A stretch of 61,152 nucleotides of DNA, filler included, from Basidiobolus ranarum (taxonomy: Eukaryota): NCBI GenBank assembly GCA_040143965.1. It is 17 parts of 17 records of this genome, joined end to end, with 100 filler letters (N's around TTAATTAATTAA, not from the genome) between each part and the next. Parts side by side here need not be neighbours in the genome. Positions count along the whole stretch, not along the records: positions 1 to 3,518 come from JASJQH010009315.1; positions 3,619 to 7,132 come from JASJQH010009316.1; positions 7,233 to 10,745 come from JASJQH010009317.1; positions 10,846 to 14,356 come from JASJQH010009318.1; 13 more parts are not named here. One strand, written 5' to 3'. Positions within the stretch are counted from its first letter, which is position 1. Every line of letters begins with the position of its first letter. The translations under genes were made by a program, and so were the position numbers. Below, piece after piece: positions 1-11,017 of the stretch. The notes below the pieces were generated by a model. That model saw nothing but the letters and a program-made list of their open reading frames with translations, was not told the DNA's origin and ran no database searches.

Positions 1-3000
1 CATCAATGTTTCTTCATCAATCTGCAACACTGTAGCCTTCAAAATTTTGTGCATTGGGAGTGGTAGAGTGTTCCAGAACTAGATCTACAGTTCCTCTCAA
101 ATACCTGAATATTTATTTTACTTTAGTTTTGTGCTCAGATCCTGGATTTTTGGGTTATTGGCTGACAGTTCCCACTGCCATACCAATGTCTGGACATGTT
201 CTAACCATTGTATACATTAAACCATCCACCATGGATTGATAAGGGAGCTCCTGGCTTTGATTTGAGTCATTTTTTGTGAAAGTGGCTGAAATTTTGATTA
301 ATTTGACATTAGGATTCATTGGTGTTGATACAGGCTTGCTATTCCCCATGTTGAAGTGTTCTAGATATCTAGGATTCATCCAGAATGATTCAGCATGATT
401 TTTGGATTGGGCTTATCTCTCTTGATTTGGATTCCAAGAAAATAACTTGATTCACCCACATCAGTCATCTGAAATTGGTTTGATAAGCTGCTTTTTGTCT
501 AATTAAGTGCTTCTGGATCATTTGAGGCTATGCTCAAGTCATTCACATATAGTGCCAAGAGAAGGATCCTATTTCTAGTTGTTTTGATGTAAATACTGTG
601 ATCTGCTATGCATTTTGGAAATCTTCTGATTACAAATAGGTATATATCTTGTTGTACCATGCCCTGGGTGCTTGCTTGAGTCCATATAGTGTTTTTGCAG
701 TTTACAGACTATATCATGGTGTTTTGGGTCAACAAGTCCATTTGGTTGCTCCATATAGATCTCTTCTTCTAGATTTCTACTCACAAAGGCTGTTTTTACA
801 TCCATTTAATGTAAATGAAGGTTATGGATGGCTGAAAGTGCCAGGATTGATCTAATGGAGCAAAACCTAGCTACTGGAGCAAAAGTTGCATTTAAATCAA
901 CTCCTGGTGTCTGGAAATAACCTTTTACATCTAATCTTGCTCTGTACCTTTATATGGTTCCATCAGCTTGGTTTTTGACTTTGTAGACCAATATGCAACC
1001 TTTTGCCTTTCTCCCTGATGGTAGAGGACTTAAAACTCATGTTTTATTGTCCTGAAGTGAAGAAAACTTATCAGACATTGCTTTTTCCCATAAGTTTAAT
1101 TCTGGACATTCCAGAGCCTGATCTAGAGTCTGTGGCTTGTCACAATATGCTGCATAAGCATATAAAACATCATGGAATTGTTCCACCAGTTTCCTGGCTT
1201 ATTTCTCCTTTGGGATTAACTTCTGGGCCCTGAATCTTTGTCTGATGTAATTGGGACTGGAATTTTGATTGAATAGGGCTCAGGTACAGCTGGAATTTTG
1301 TCAGACACTTCATGAATAGTGCTGATTGTTATTTCTTGAGCAAGAACGCTGATTTGAGGTGCAAAATCTGCTTTTTCATCAAAAATCACATCTCCAAACT
1401 TTGTTAACTTCTGATTTTTGGTATCAAACAGTATATAGGCCTTAGATCCATAACTGTTACCAATAAATATGCATTTTCTGCTTTTGGTATCCAATTTGGA
1501 GGGTTTTTGAGCTGGAATTAGGCAATATGCTTGCAACCAAAGATACTGAGAGGATCCACCCTTGGTTTTGATCCATATAGGGCTTTAAATGGAGTAGAAA
1601 TTTGTAGCAATCTTGTTGGGCATCTTTTTTTGATATATACTGGAGTTAAGTCAGATTCAGCCCAATACTGGTAATCTAACTTTGGATCATGTAACATTGA
1701 TCTTGTTATCTCCACTATGGTCCTACTAGGACATTCTGCAGCACCATTTTGCTGTGGAGTATAAGATATAGTAATTTGTTGCTTAATTCCAAGTTCAGAA
1801 CAAAAACTAGTAACATCTTTTGAGCAGTATTCTCAACTATTATCACTCTGTAGTACTGTTTTTTAGTGCTAATTCTTTCTCTGCCATTACTTTGTAATGT
1901 TTAAATGTAGCTAAGGCTTCAGATTTTGATTTGGGAAAGGATACCCATATATATCTTGTTTTGTCAGCAATAAAGGTCATAAAGTACCTTTTCCCATCTA
2001 ATGAGATATTGTTCATAGGCCCACATAGGTCAGAATTAAACAGGGCAAAATTATGAGTTAATATGATCTCTCCATAGCTTGAAAACGGCTGTCTGTGATG
2101 TTCTTCATATATGCAACCTTCACACAGATCCAATTTAATAATATTTTCAATTTCTGAGCCTGAAACACGCTGATTTTGGATCATTTGGGTCAGTTTTTGT
2201 TCCCCAATGTGGCATAATCTTTGATGCCATGTTTGGCATCTTATTTCTCCAGTTTTGGCCAAGTTTGCATGCTCAAAAGGCAATTAGTTGATTTCTAGCT
2301 TGTATATGTTTTGAGTTTTGATCCCAGTAGCTACTTTGGTATTATTCTGATACGTGATAGTATATACAACCTTACTGCAAACAATACTTAGTCCTTGAGT
2401 TGTTGCTTGCTTACTGAGAGTAGATGCTTGGCTATATTTGGTACATAGAGTACTTCATCCCATTTTGCAGATGCTGTAGCTGAATTTCAGTCAAAATTGA
2501 GTACTACTGTGCCTTTACCAACTGCATCTAGTGAATAGTTGTCACCTAAGTAGACTTTCCTTATTTAGATTGTTTCAAGCTGGAAAACCAATCTTTCCTC
2601 TTTGATATATTCTGGGAAGCTCCTGAACCCATGTACCACATTTTGAGTCTTCCTTAGTGGTTACTGATAGGGCAGACACCAATAGATGATCCCTATCAAT
2701 GCTTACTTGATTTGCTTGTTTCCATTGTAGCTTTTTGGCAAAAATCCTTTTCTGCAATCTTTGATAATGTAGCCTGATTTCTTGCAATACTTGCTGATGA
2801 TTGGTTTCCTATTAGGAGCATTATTATTGAAGCCTGTTGGAAGTTTTACAGCTCCAAAAAATGCCTGTTCTGCATCATTTTGCTGAGTATTAGATCTCCT
2901 TAATTCTTCATTCAAAAGCCTAGCACCAACAATTCCATTGTTAATGGCTCTGATCTTGATTCAAGGCCAATTATGAGGTTCGCAAACTTTTCTGGCCAGC

Positions 3001-3518
3001 TCCCAAGTGGTGTCATGACTAAGCCATCTTCATTTAGAGGTGCTCCAATGGATGAGAGCTGATCTGCCATAGCTTTTATCTGATATATGTGATTAAGCAT
3101 ATAATCATCAGAATTCATCTGAATTGAGAATAATTCTTGTCAAAGTTATAGCCTATTAGACATACTTGTAGTCTCACAGAGTCCCTCAAGTGTTTCCCAA
3201 GCATTTTGGAAGTTTTTGCTGATTTGATGTGCCTCAATTGACAGTCTCTAAGATGCAGATAAAGTACAGAGAGTGCTTTCCTCTGCTTCTTGTAAAAGGT
3301 AAGGATGGCTTCTGGTGATCTCATTGGCTCTATTTCTTCTTCTGTAACAAATCCCCAAAGATCCTTGTCTTCTAGCACCATTTCCATCTTGAACTTCCAA
3401 AGGTGAAAGTCTTCACCATCAAACTTTTCTGTGGATGTAAAAACATGGGTAATAGTACTGGTAGACATTCCTTCAACCACTTGCTTGGGGCTCATAACCT
3501 GCTAAAAGTGTTTAGGGG
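1..3518 (-). mobile_element. Degenerate Ty1/copia LTR retrotransposon: end of 5' LTR, PBS, gag, protease, integrase, RT
   Basis: Copia domain order on the minus strand: gag (EKFDGEDFHLWKFKMEMVL), GAG-pre-integrase (WHQRLCH...CEGC), integrase (SDLCGPM...YFMTFIAD; KLDTKSRKCIFIG), RT (MDVKTAF...LEEEIYMEQP; PYQSMVDGLMY...PDI). Broken by many stops and frameshifts. The PBS GGTTATGAGCCCC directly follows the LTR end near 3500. Confidence 0.95.
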
Positions 3519-3618
3519 NNNNNNNNNNNNNNNNNNNNNNNNNNNNNNNNNNNNNNNNNNNNTTAATTAATTAANNNNNNNNNNNNNNNNNNNNNNNNNN
3601 NNNNNNNNNNNNNNNNNN
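3519..3618. other. Artificial contig linker 44N-TTAATTAATTAA-44N (first of 16)
   Basis: The same spacer recurs about every 3.6 kb (7133, 10746, 14357, 17966, 21572, 25176, 28778, 32380, 35981, 39581, 43179, 46777, 50374, 53968, 57561). It puts stops in all six frames. Contig lengths fall from 3518 to 3492. Confidence 0.98.
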
Positions 3619-4530
3619 AGATTTTCAGATAATTGAGAGGTACTGTGGATCTATGCTTAAAGTACACATATTCTGGATCAAACTTTGATCTGATGGCATA
3701 TCCAGTTGCAAATTGGGCAAGAGATATTGAAGACAGGTGATCTACAACAGGATACTTATTTCTTTGCTGTATTGGAGCTATTTCTTGTATTTCAAACAGA
3801 CAACCTACCATAGCACTTTCAGCAACAGAAGCTAAATATATGGATGCCTGTGAAGCACCAAAAGAAGCAATACGGTTAAGAAAGCTCTTAACAGATTTGA
3901 GTTATCCACCAAATTCACCAACTACAACATTTCAAGATAAACAAAGTTCTATCAAATTACCCATATATCCCATGTTTCAGAATAGAAGCAAACATATAGA
4001 TATTAAGCATCACTTTGTTGGAGAGACTATAAAAAATAAGTTTAATGACTTAACTTATTGTTCTACAGAAGACATGTTTGCTGATATATGTACCAAACCA
4101 TTAGCTAGACCAAGATTTGAGAAATTTAGACCTTTAGACTGTAATTAGGATTAGTTTATATGACTATTTAGTTGAGGGAGAGTGTTGAAGTTAGCTGTGC
4201 CCAAACACCTATATAGTCATATATAGCTTAGTACTTACTTATCTTATAATTCACTAAGAAATTATTCATTATTCCAAATTGGAATTTACTTGGAGTATTT
4301 TTACCAACTTAGAAGTTGTCAGATACATAAATTTTTCAAACTTGTGCTAGAAGCCCCAAAATTAGCAAACATCTTCCTGGGACCTTCCTTAACACATTCT
4401 ACATGTTTGTTTGTCCACATTTTGACAAAACTATAAATGTCAGCTTTCTACTTTATAAATCAACAAGTGAAAACCACAAATTCCTCTAATTCTTCAAACC
4501 ACTTCAAACAGGCCCCCAAATACTACAACA
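3619..4530 (+). mobile_element. Copia RNase H 3' end with PPT and 3' LTR (family A, 4183-4530)
   Basis: RNase H motifs ([38 protein letters not shown]). PPT GAGGGAGAG, then an LTR bounded by TGTTG...CAACA. Confidence 0.92.
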
Positions 4531-5764
4531 AGGATTGTCTGGAAAGAAATACAAAAGATGACAAGCACACTCAATCAGGAAATGTTGTGACAACAAAAGA
4601 TTACTTGCTCATACCTGCTCTATCTATGACCACCAACAAGTATTCTCTGACTTGGTATATTGATTCTGGTGCCCCCAACATTTCACAAATGAAAAGCATG
4701 ACTTTGTGGATTATAAAGAAATTAAATTGGAAAGGTTTTCATGGGAGATGACTGCATATTGGATGATATTGCAATGGAAACAATTCAAGTCACTAAAACT
4801 GGAGCATCTGAAGAGGAAGCATATACTTTCATGGATGTACTACATGTTTTAGATATTGCTAAGAATTTAATATCTGTATGCAAGGCCACTTCAGCAGGGC
4901 TAGAATTTAATTTTGATAAGTCAGGATGCACCATCACTGATCAAAAAGGGAATTATTTAGCTTTAAAAGAAAAAAATCAGAACTTAAACAAGCTGAGACA
5001 TAATCCAAGAAATTTATGTGTAGATTTAAGTTATGCCAATCAAGAAACTATTCCATTATAGCATAACAGATTTAGCCATATTGGAATTGAACATTGGATC
5101 ACAATGATCAAAAAATGACCTAATTTCAGGAATTCAAATTAACCTCTCAACCAAAATGTAAAGTTGCAAGGGTAATATTTATGAAAAACAAGCCAGGCAA
5201 CCATTCAAGAGCTCTGGTTTAATCAAATCTGTCAAAAATTGGATCTAATTCATTCAGATATGTGTAGACCTATGCAATTTTAGCTGTTAGTGGATAAAGA
5301 TATTTAATCACATTTATAGATGATTATACAAGATACACTTGGGCCTACTTTATGGAAAGAAAACCAGAAGCTTGCTCTATCTTTAGAGACTTGAAAACAC
5401 TTGTGGAGACTGAAACTGAAACTAAAATCAAGAAAATAAATATTCAAAATGGTGGGGAATATACCTCAACACTATTTAAGCACTTTTGCAACATTCATGA
5501 ATTTAAGCAACAAACCACTGCCACCTGTTCACCATAATAAGATGGAGTTGCTGAAAGAGCCAACATGACAATATAGAAATGGCTAGATCTATGACAAATG
5601 CACAAAATTTATATCATAACTTTTGGGCTAAATTGGTTGCTACAGTCATGTATATGAAGAATAGGAGTTTTACTAAAAGCCTATATAACTCTACATCATA
5701 TCCAGCTTGGTTTGGACTTAAACCTGCTGTAAAACATTTGAGGATCTTTGAAATGCATTGGTTA
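4531..5764 (+). mobile_element. Second copia fragment (protease to integrase) next to the family A LTR, probably a nested insertion
   Basis: WYIDSGA protease motif, DVLHVLDIAKNLISV, and integrase fragments (NGGEYTS; MARSM...NFWAK). Confidence 0.88.
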
Positions 5765-5912
5765 CCCTAACAGAAATTTGAGGATTGTTATTGTAGAAAA
5801 ACCATCACAATTTTATTCCATTTTGGATTAATTGATTACTTACCATCATAAAATCATCAAGTTAGATTTGATTTTAATCCATTTTTCCAGTATCAGTGGT
5901 GAAATTTCAAGT
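5765..5912 (+). repeat. Dispersed repeat end starting CCCTAACAGAAATTTGAGG, probable DNA-transposon terminus
   Basis: Homologous copies at about 17647-17830 (+) and 54440-54628 (-). Each interrupts another element abruptly at this end. Confidence 0.6.
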
Positions 5913-5993
5913 TGCTTGTAAAGCTGAAATGCCAAAGTACCATACATTGATAGACTAGGTTATGTTCCCTGGCAATATAGGCATAGCATAAAA

Positions 5994-6066
5994 GGACTGG
6001 CAGCTCAGTGGTTAGAGCACCTTGCTAGAGTTAAGGAGGCCCCAGGTTCAAATCCTGGCCAGACCA
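5994..6066 (+). tRNA. tRNA-like gene or pseudogene, anticodon AGA, short variable loop
   Basis: 73-nt cloverleaf: acceptor GGACTGG/CCAGACC (one mismatch), D arm GCTC-AGTGGTTA-GAGC, anticodon arm CCTTG-CTAGAGT-TAAGG, T arm CCAGG-TTCAAAT-CCTGG, discriminator A. Position 8 is C rather than U. Confidence 0.7.
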
Positions 6067-6086
6067 ATATTTATCCCTAAATAATT

Positions 6087-6735
6087 TCAACAAAAGCCTG
6101 CTGGCACAAAAAAAACACCAGCAAGAACAGAGGACTTACTTGATGAGCAGTCTAGTAATCTACTATCCAATTTGGAAGGCATTGACATGTTGGAAACCAA
6201 CTCAAGTAATGATGAAGCATTAGTCCAACTACTAGATGTGTACCTTTCCAGCAATAGTGCATGGGAAGAAATTACAATCCCCCAGCTATTTACTAAATTA
6301 ATAGTTGAACAAAGTTCAACAGAAACACTGTCAAGAGCTTCAGCCTCCAACATGGTTACTTTATCAGCTACTGAACAACACTTCATAAAAAAATTGGATA
6401 GAATTAGTACAACAAGGGAATTGCAAGTAGAACACCATAATGATTTGTATGTGATCATATGTAAAAGCTACAAAGTTGCTATACTGGTCATGACAAGTAA
6501 TAATGCCACAATATTGCAATTAATGCAGCATTCTGAAGCAACTAGTCAACAGTTAGAGAGTGCCTCAACAATGATACAAGAGCTTCAAAATGCTGTACTT
6601 GAGCTCCAGCAACATGCTGCTCTCTCAATCCATTCTCATGTGGGACTTCAATCAATCCAACACCATGCTTATGAATGTGACCATGACAATCTAGCAGAGC
6701 AGAATATATATCAGACCATTAAGCCTACACAATAA
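6087..6735 (+). mobile_element. Repeated coiled-coil ORF linked to the CACTA/Tnp2-like transposon
   Basis: Near-identical to 53470-53967 (LDRIxTTRExQxEHHNDLY...ATILQLMQH). Its start also matches 50328-50373. Both of those copies lie divergently upstream of Tnp2-type remnants. Confidence 0.65.
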
Positions 6736-9700
6736 CACAAAATTGCTCGGTCATATGAAATTAGAAATATCATAGGAAAGCTGGTATAGTTGTTTTAGGT
6801 GGTAAGCAGCAACTATAACTATAATTTCCTAAGGGCTTTTGTGAGGTGTTCAAATGGTGCAATAACCACAGTTGTATAAGCCTGGGATGTACTGTAATAT
6901 GGGTCAGTCTCTTGCCTCTTGGGTCTTTGTGAAAGGGAATCAAGCCTCCAGAAATGTCTAAGGACTGATAAACCACAATGCAATGTCCAGCTTTCTGTTG
7001 AATAATATGCTGGTGCCTGACAAAAGAATATACTGGCTTCAGCGTCCTTTGAGAATGATCAGATAAAAAGGGTATATCCAATCAAAAACAACTGTAAACT
7101 CAGCCAGCAGGGTCTTGAATGAGGATGCACTANNNNNNNNNNNNNNNNNNNNNNNNNNNNNNNNNNNNNNNNNNNNTTAATTAATTAANNNNNNNNNNNN
7201 NNNNNNNNNNNNNNNNNNNNNNNNNNNNNNNNTACAGTATTAGTAATATCCCAATCATATGCATGTATTAATCAATCCATCTGGCCAGGTTAAAGATAGT
7301 ACAAAGTGAAACTGGAGGAGAAAATACGTAATATAGAAACACTCAACAAAATCAGATAAGTGATACAAATATACCAATCAGAGCAGTGATAAGATATAGT
7401 TGAAACCTGCTTCCCAAAACATTGTCCAGTTCTGTAGAAATAAAATGGATAAAATCTAGAAAATGTCTCAATGGTGAGTGTTACACAACAATTCCAATGA
7501 AGTCAATGCACAATATGTTCATGTAGATCATCATACTCAATCCCTGAGGTGGCCTCCAACCAGCAAAATATTGCCTATTCAGTTATTATACTTGGCAGCT
7601 CATCAATGCGCTATTATCACAGCTCAGCTTATCCGATCCAGCCTATTGGTGATGACTCTATTTTTACAACATGGCTGCTCCCCCAGTCACTAATGATCTA
7701 TTCACACTTGTTTCCATTAGACGCTTTATGCTCTCATTTGTTAGTGAATCTTCCAAAAATCCCATAAACAACAAAGTCAGCTCGGCGGTAGACATGTGTC
7801 ACAGTATTTCAAGATAGATGTGAAGTAATGTGCATGAAAGATACAGCACTGGACTATTTGAGTTGTATGGCTCTTAAACGTGAAGTGGCAACTTTGAGCA
7901 AGACGAACGAGTATTATAGGTCCCTAATAGAAAATTCAGTTAAGTATATTTATATTCCCACAAATGCCCAAGAAGCTGCTACCATGAATATATCACAGTA
8001 TTTATCGAGAAACTTGCACCATCGACATATTACAGTCTTTAATCCCCTAGGATGAGGCCTCACTTAGTTTATGAGTAAATTCTAATTCCAATGTATATTC
8101 TTATATCTGCCCTTATCCTTCGCTTATAGTCGCCAATGTATGGTTTCCTAGAAATTGTGGTAATCGATGGATATTATTGTGAAGTCCATTTACCCCTCTC
8201 TCGCACCAATTTATTGCAGATTAGCCGAGTCACCATTGATGAGACAGCTCTGTTTGACCATGGCTCAGTAGATCATAGTTTATCAAGTTGTGCACGGAAT
8301 TAGATGTTATTATTGACGAGATAGAATAAGTTGCTATAAATTGTGTATACAACAGTTGTGACTGAGTACTTATTCTGATAAATCTTATTATTACACTTCA
8401 ACTGAATTATACAAGGTAGAACGTGTATATACATATGTGTGTGGTGATGTTAGTATCCTATCCAGTATTTTTTGGGTCTGTTTACTCAAACAAAGGCAAA
8501 TTATTCGATTTCCAGTGTGGTAATGGAAACCAAATCGAATTTACCAGTCATTCTATCTTTATCATTTACATCAGTAGCCTCCTCATCTGTATATTGAATT
8601 ACTGTTTACCTCCTATAACTCGAGATGAAATACAAGCTAAAGTTTACAACAAACTCATGATTACTTGGATTCGGCAGTACTCGGAGAGGAAACTGCAATA
8701 GGAATAATCATCATTGGGCCATTTAATGGCTATATATGATCAAAATTGTGAGTTATTTTCATACCTGACTTCACCTACTTACACCTCGAGACAAACCTCC
8801 GCATATGGCAATTTCTATTCGGATCTCAATTCTCATAGTTACTCTAGTAGTACAAAATATTATATATTTCTACATAAATATCAGTTGAGTAAATATAAGT
8901 GGTAAAGGGGGAAGGGGCAAATAGCATCAAGCTAAAAAGGTGTGAAAGAGTAAAACAAACTATCTCATTCACCACAAGCAATATCAAAGCCACATATGTT
9001 GACTACTCTTATCTTTAGAGAGCAATGAATGCTGGAGAAAGAAATAGTATTAGCAGTATACCAATCATACATATGTTGCAATCAATCCATCAATCCAGAA
9101 TAAAAATGGAGCAGAGTGAAACTGGAGTAAAATATACGTAATATCAAAAATCTCAACAAAATCAGATTGATGACATAAGGCAACTTGAAACCTGCTTTCG
9201 AAGACAGCGTCCAATTATATACATATATTCCAGGAGCTGGCTGGAAAAAATCAAGACAATGCTGCAACTAATGACTAATTTACACATTCAAGATCAATGA
9301 ACAGATCATGACTTCAGGTTGATCCACAATAGGTCGAATGAAATTTGCATGGTCAAACAGTTTCACCCAAGGCCTAGAAAGGAAGAGTGTATGAAATTGG
9401 TATGGTATTCTACTCGCTAAACCAAGGTAAGTACCAATAACCGACAACGGACATACTGCGCAAAGTGGTTGCAGATAACTCTCGTTGATAGCCCTAACTG
9501 CTAGAGTTGAATGGGTTAGGGCTATGATAAAATAGTATTTGATCTATCACTATGCCAATACACTACACTTTGCTTATACACTGTACTTTGGTACTGATGT
9601 GCTAATCCTCTTTATTCCCATTCGGGGATCTTATTCGGATCATGAACTTGGGCTTAGTTAATTCCAAAATTGGTAAGGTCAGTTGTAGTTTTATATACAC

Positions 9701-10465
9701 CCGCATGGTCCAAGTTCCAAGTTTAATACCGAAAGTTCACATGGATTTTTCCATGGTTTACAGGTAACCAATAGAGCACAACGCAATAAAGCAACAGCCA
9801 CAACATCAACTCTAGGCCTGATCAATGTTTAGTTTACTGCTTATTCTAATATGGCCTTATTAAAAATATGGAGTCAGTTATCTGTTGTAATGGGCAGTTC
9901 GCTCGAGTTTGTTCTACAATTGGGTATTTGAATATGGCTTGAAAGATGCAGTATTACAGATGAAAAATGTTTCAGCTAATGTAAGGTTTTTGCCACTCTA
10001 GATGGATAATCTTCGTTATTGCTGAATACACATTATAATTGACGCGCGTATTATAGTGATAAGGTGCTACCGAATGTAGGCGCCCCTTAGCCATGAAAGG
10101 TGAATGTGAATTTGAGAGTGCTTGAGGTCATTATCTTAGGGTCATTCTCAAACTCAACTCACATCTAATACATCATCAGCGTTTTTGGGTAAAACCTTTG
10201 CTAATGGTTTTCTTTACCTAAATGGTAATACACAAATGGTAATCATAGAGACAGGAATCAGTTTTGTGTCTGTAGCTCTATTCACGATAGATCGCACCCT
10301 TCATTATGTTATTATTACATTTAATACAACACAATAGTTCAGGAAATGAATCAGTGTGAAGGAAAACAGCTGAAAGGAGTTCAAAGAATCTATCTATTCA
10401 GAAGGAAACTATAAAATGGGCTGTCTTCTCCGTTGGTACAAACATAACCATTACCAATCTCAAAA

Positions 10466-10745
10466 ATGTTAAGCAAGCATAGTATTCGTACATCTCCCTT
10501 TGTGCTAAATCTTATAAAGTAACACTATCTCTTTCATCTTCTCTTTTCCCACAGATATTGGTTTTTGTTAATATTAAACATTTTGTAGAATCCTTTCCGA
10601 ACCCAACTATTCCCATATGATAGCTTGGGAGCGGTCAGGCACCAGCTTTATCATTAAGGACTCGATCAAATTTGCCTCCCAAGTACTTCCCCAATATTAC
10701 GAGACTAGTAAATTAGCTTCATTCACTCGTCAACTCAATGTAAAT
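10466..10745 (+). CDS. HSF-type DNA-binding-domain transcription factor, 5' part (3' end lost at contig end)
   Basis: Not in the ORF track. Exon 10466-10518, GT-AG intron 10519-10588, exon 10589-10739, then GT. Spliced product MLSKHSIRTSPFVLNLIKILSEPNYSHMIAWERSGTSFIIKDSIKFASQVLPQYYETSKLASFTRQLN matches the HSF consensus (I.W...G.SF.I...F...vLP.yF.....SF.RQLN). Confidence 0.88.
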
Positions 10746-11017
10746 NNNNNNNNNNNNNNNNNNNNNNNNNNNNNNNNNNNNNNNNNNNNTTAATTAATTA
10801 ANNNNNNNNNNNNNNNNNNNNNNNNNNNNNNNNNNNNNNNNNNNNCTGTAGGGCTACCATCTCTCTTGATACCATGCCATATAGGCTTATCATTTTCTTC
10901 AAAAGTTTCTTCGTCGTAAGTATGTAACTGATGTTTCTTCTTGTGCTTCATGCTCACGTTGCTTTCTGTTTCTGATATATGTATCATAACTAAAGTTAAC
11001 TAAGATATTGAATAAAG

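Noticed and set aside
3563-3574. TTAATTAATTAA as a biological motif, and ORFs ending in LIN or running through X
   Set aside because: This is the assembly linker; those ORFs are artefacts.
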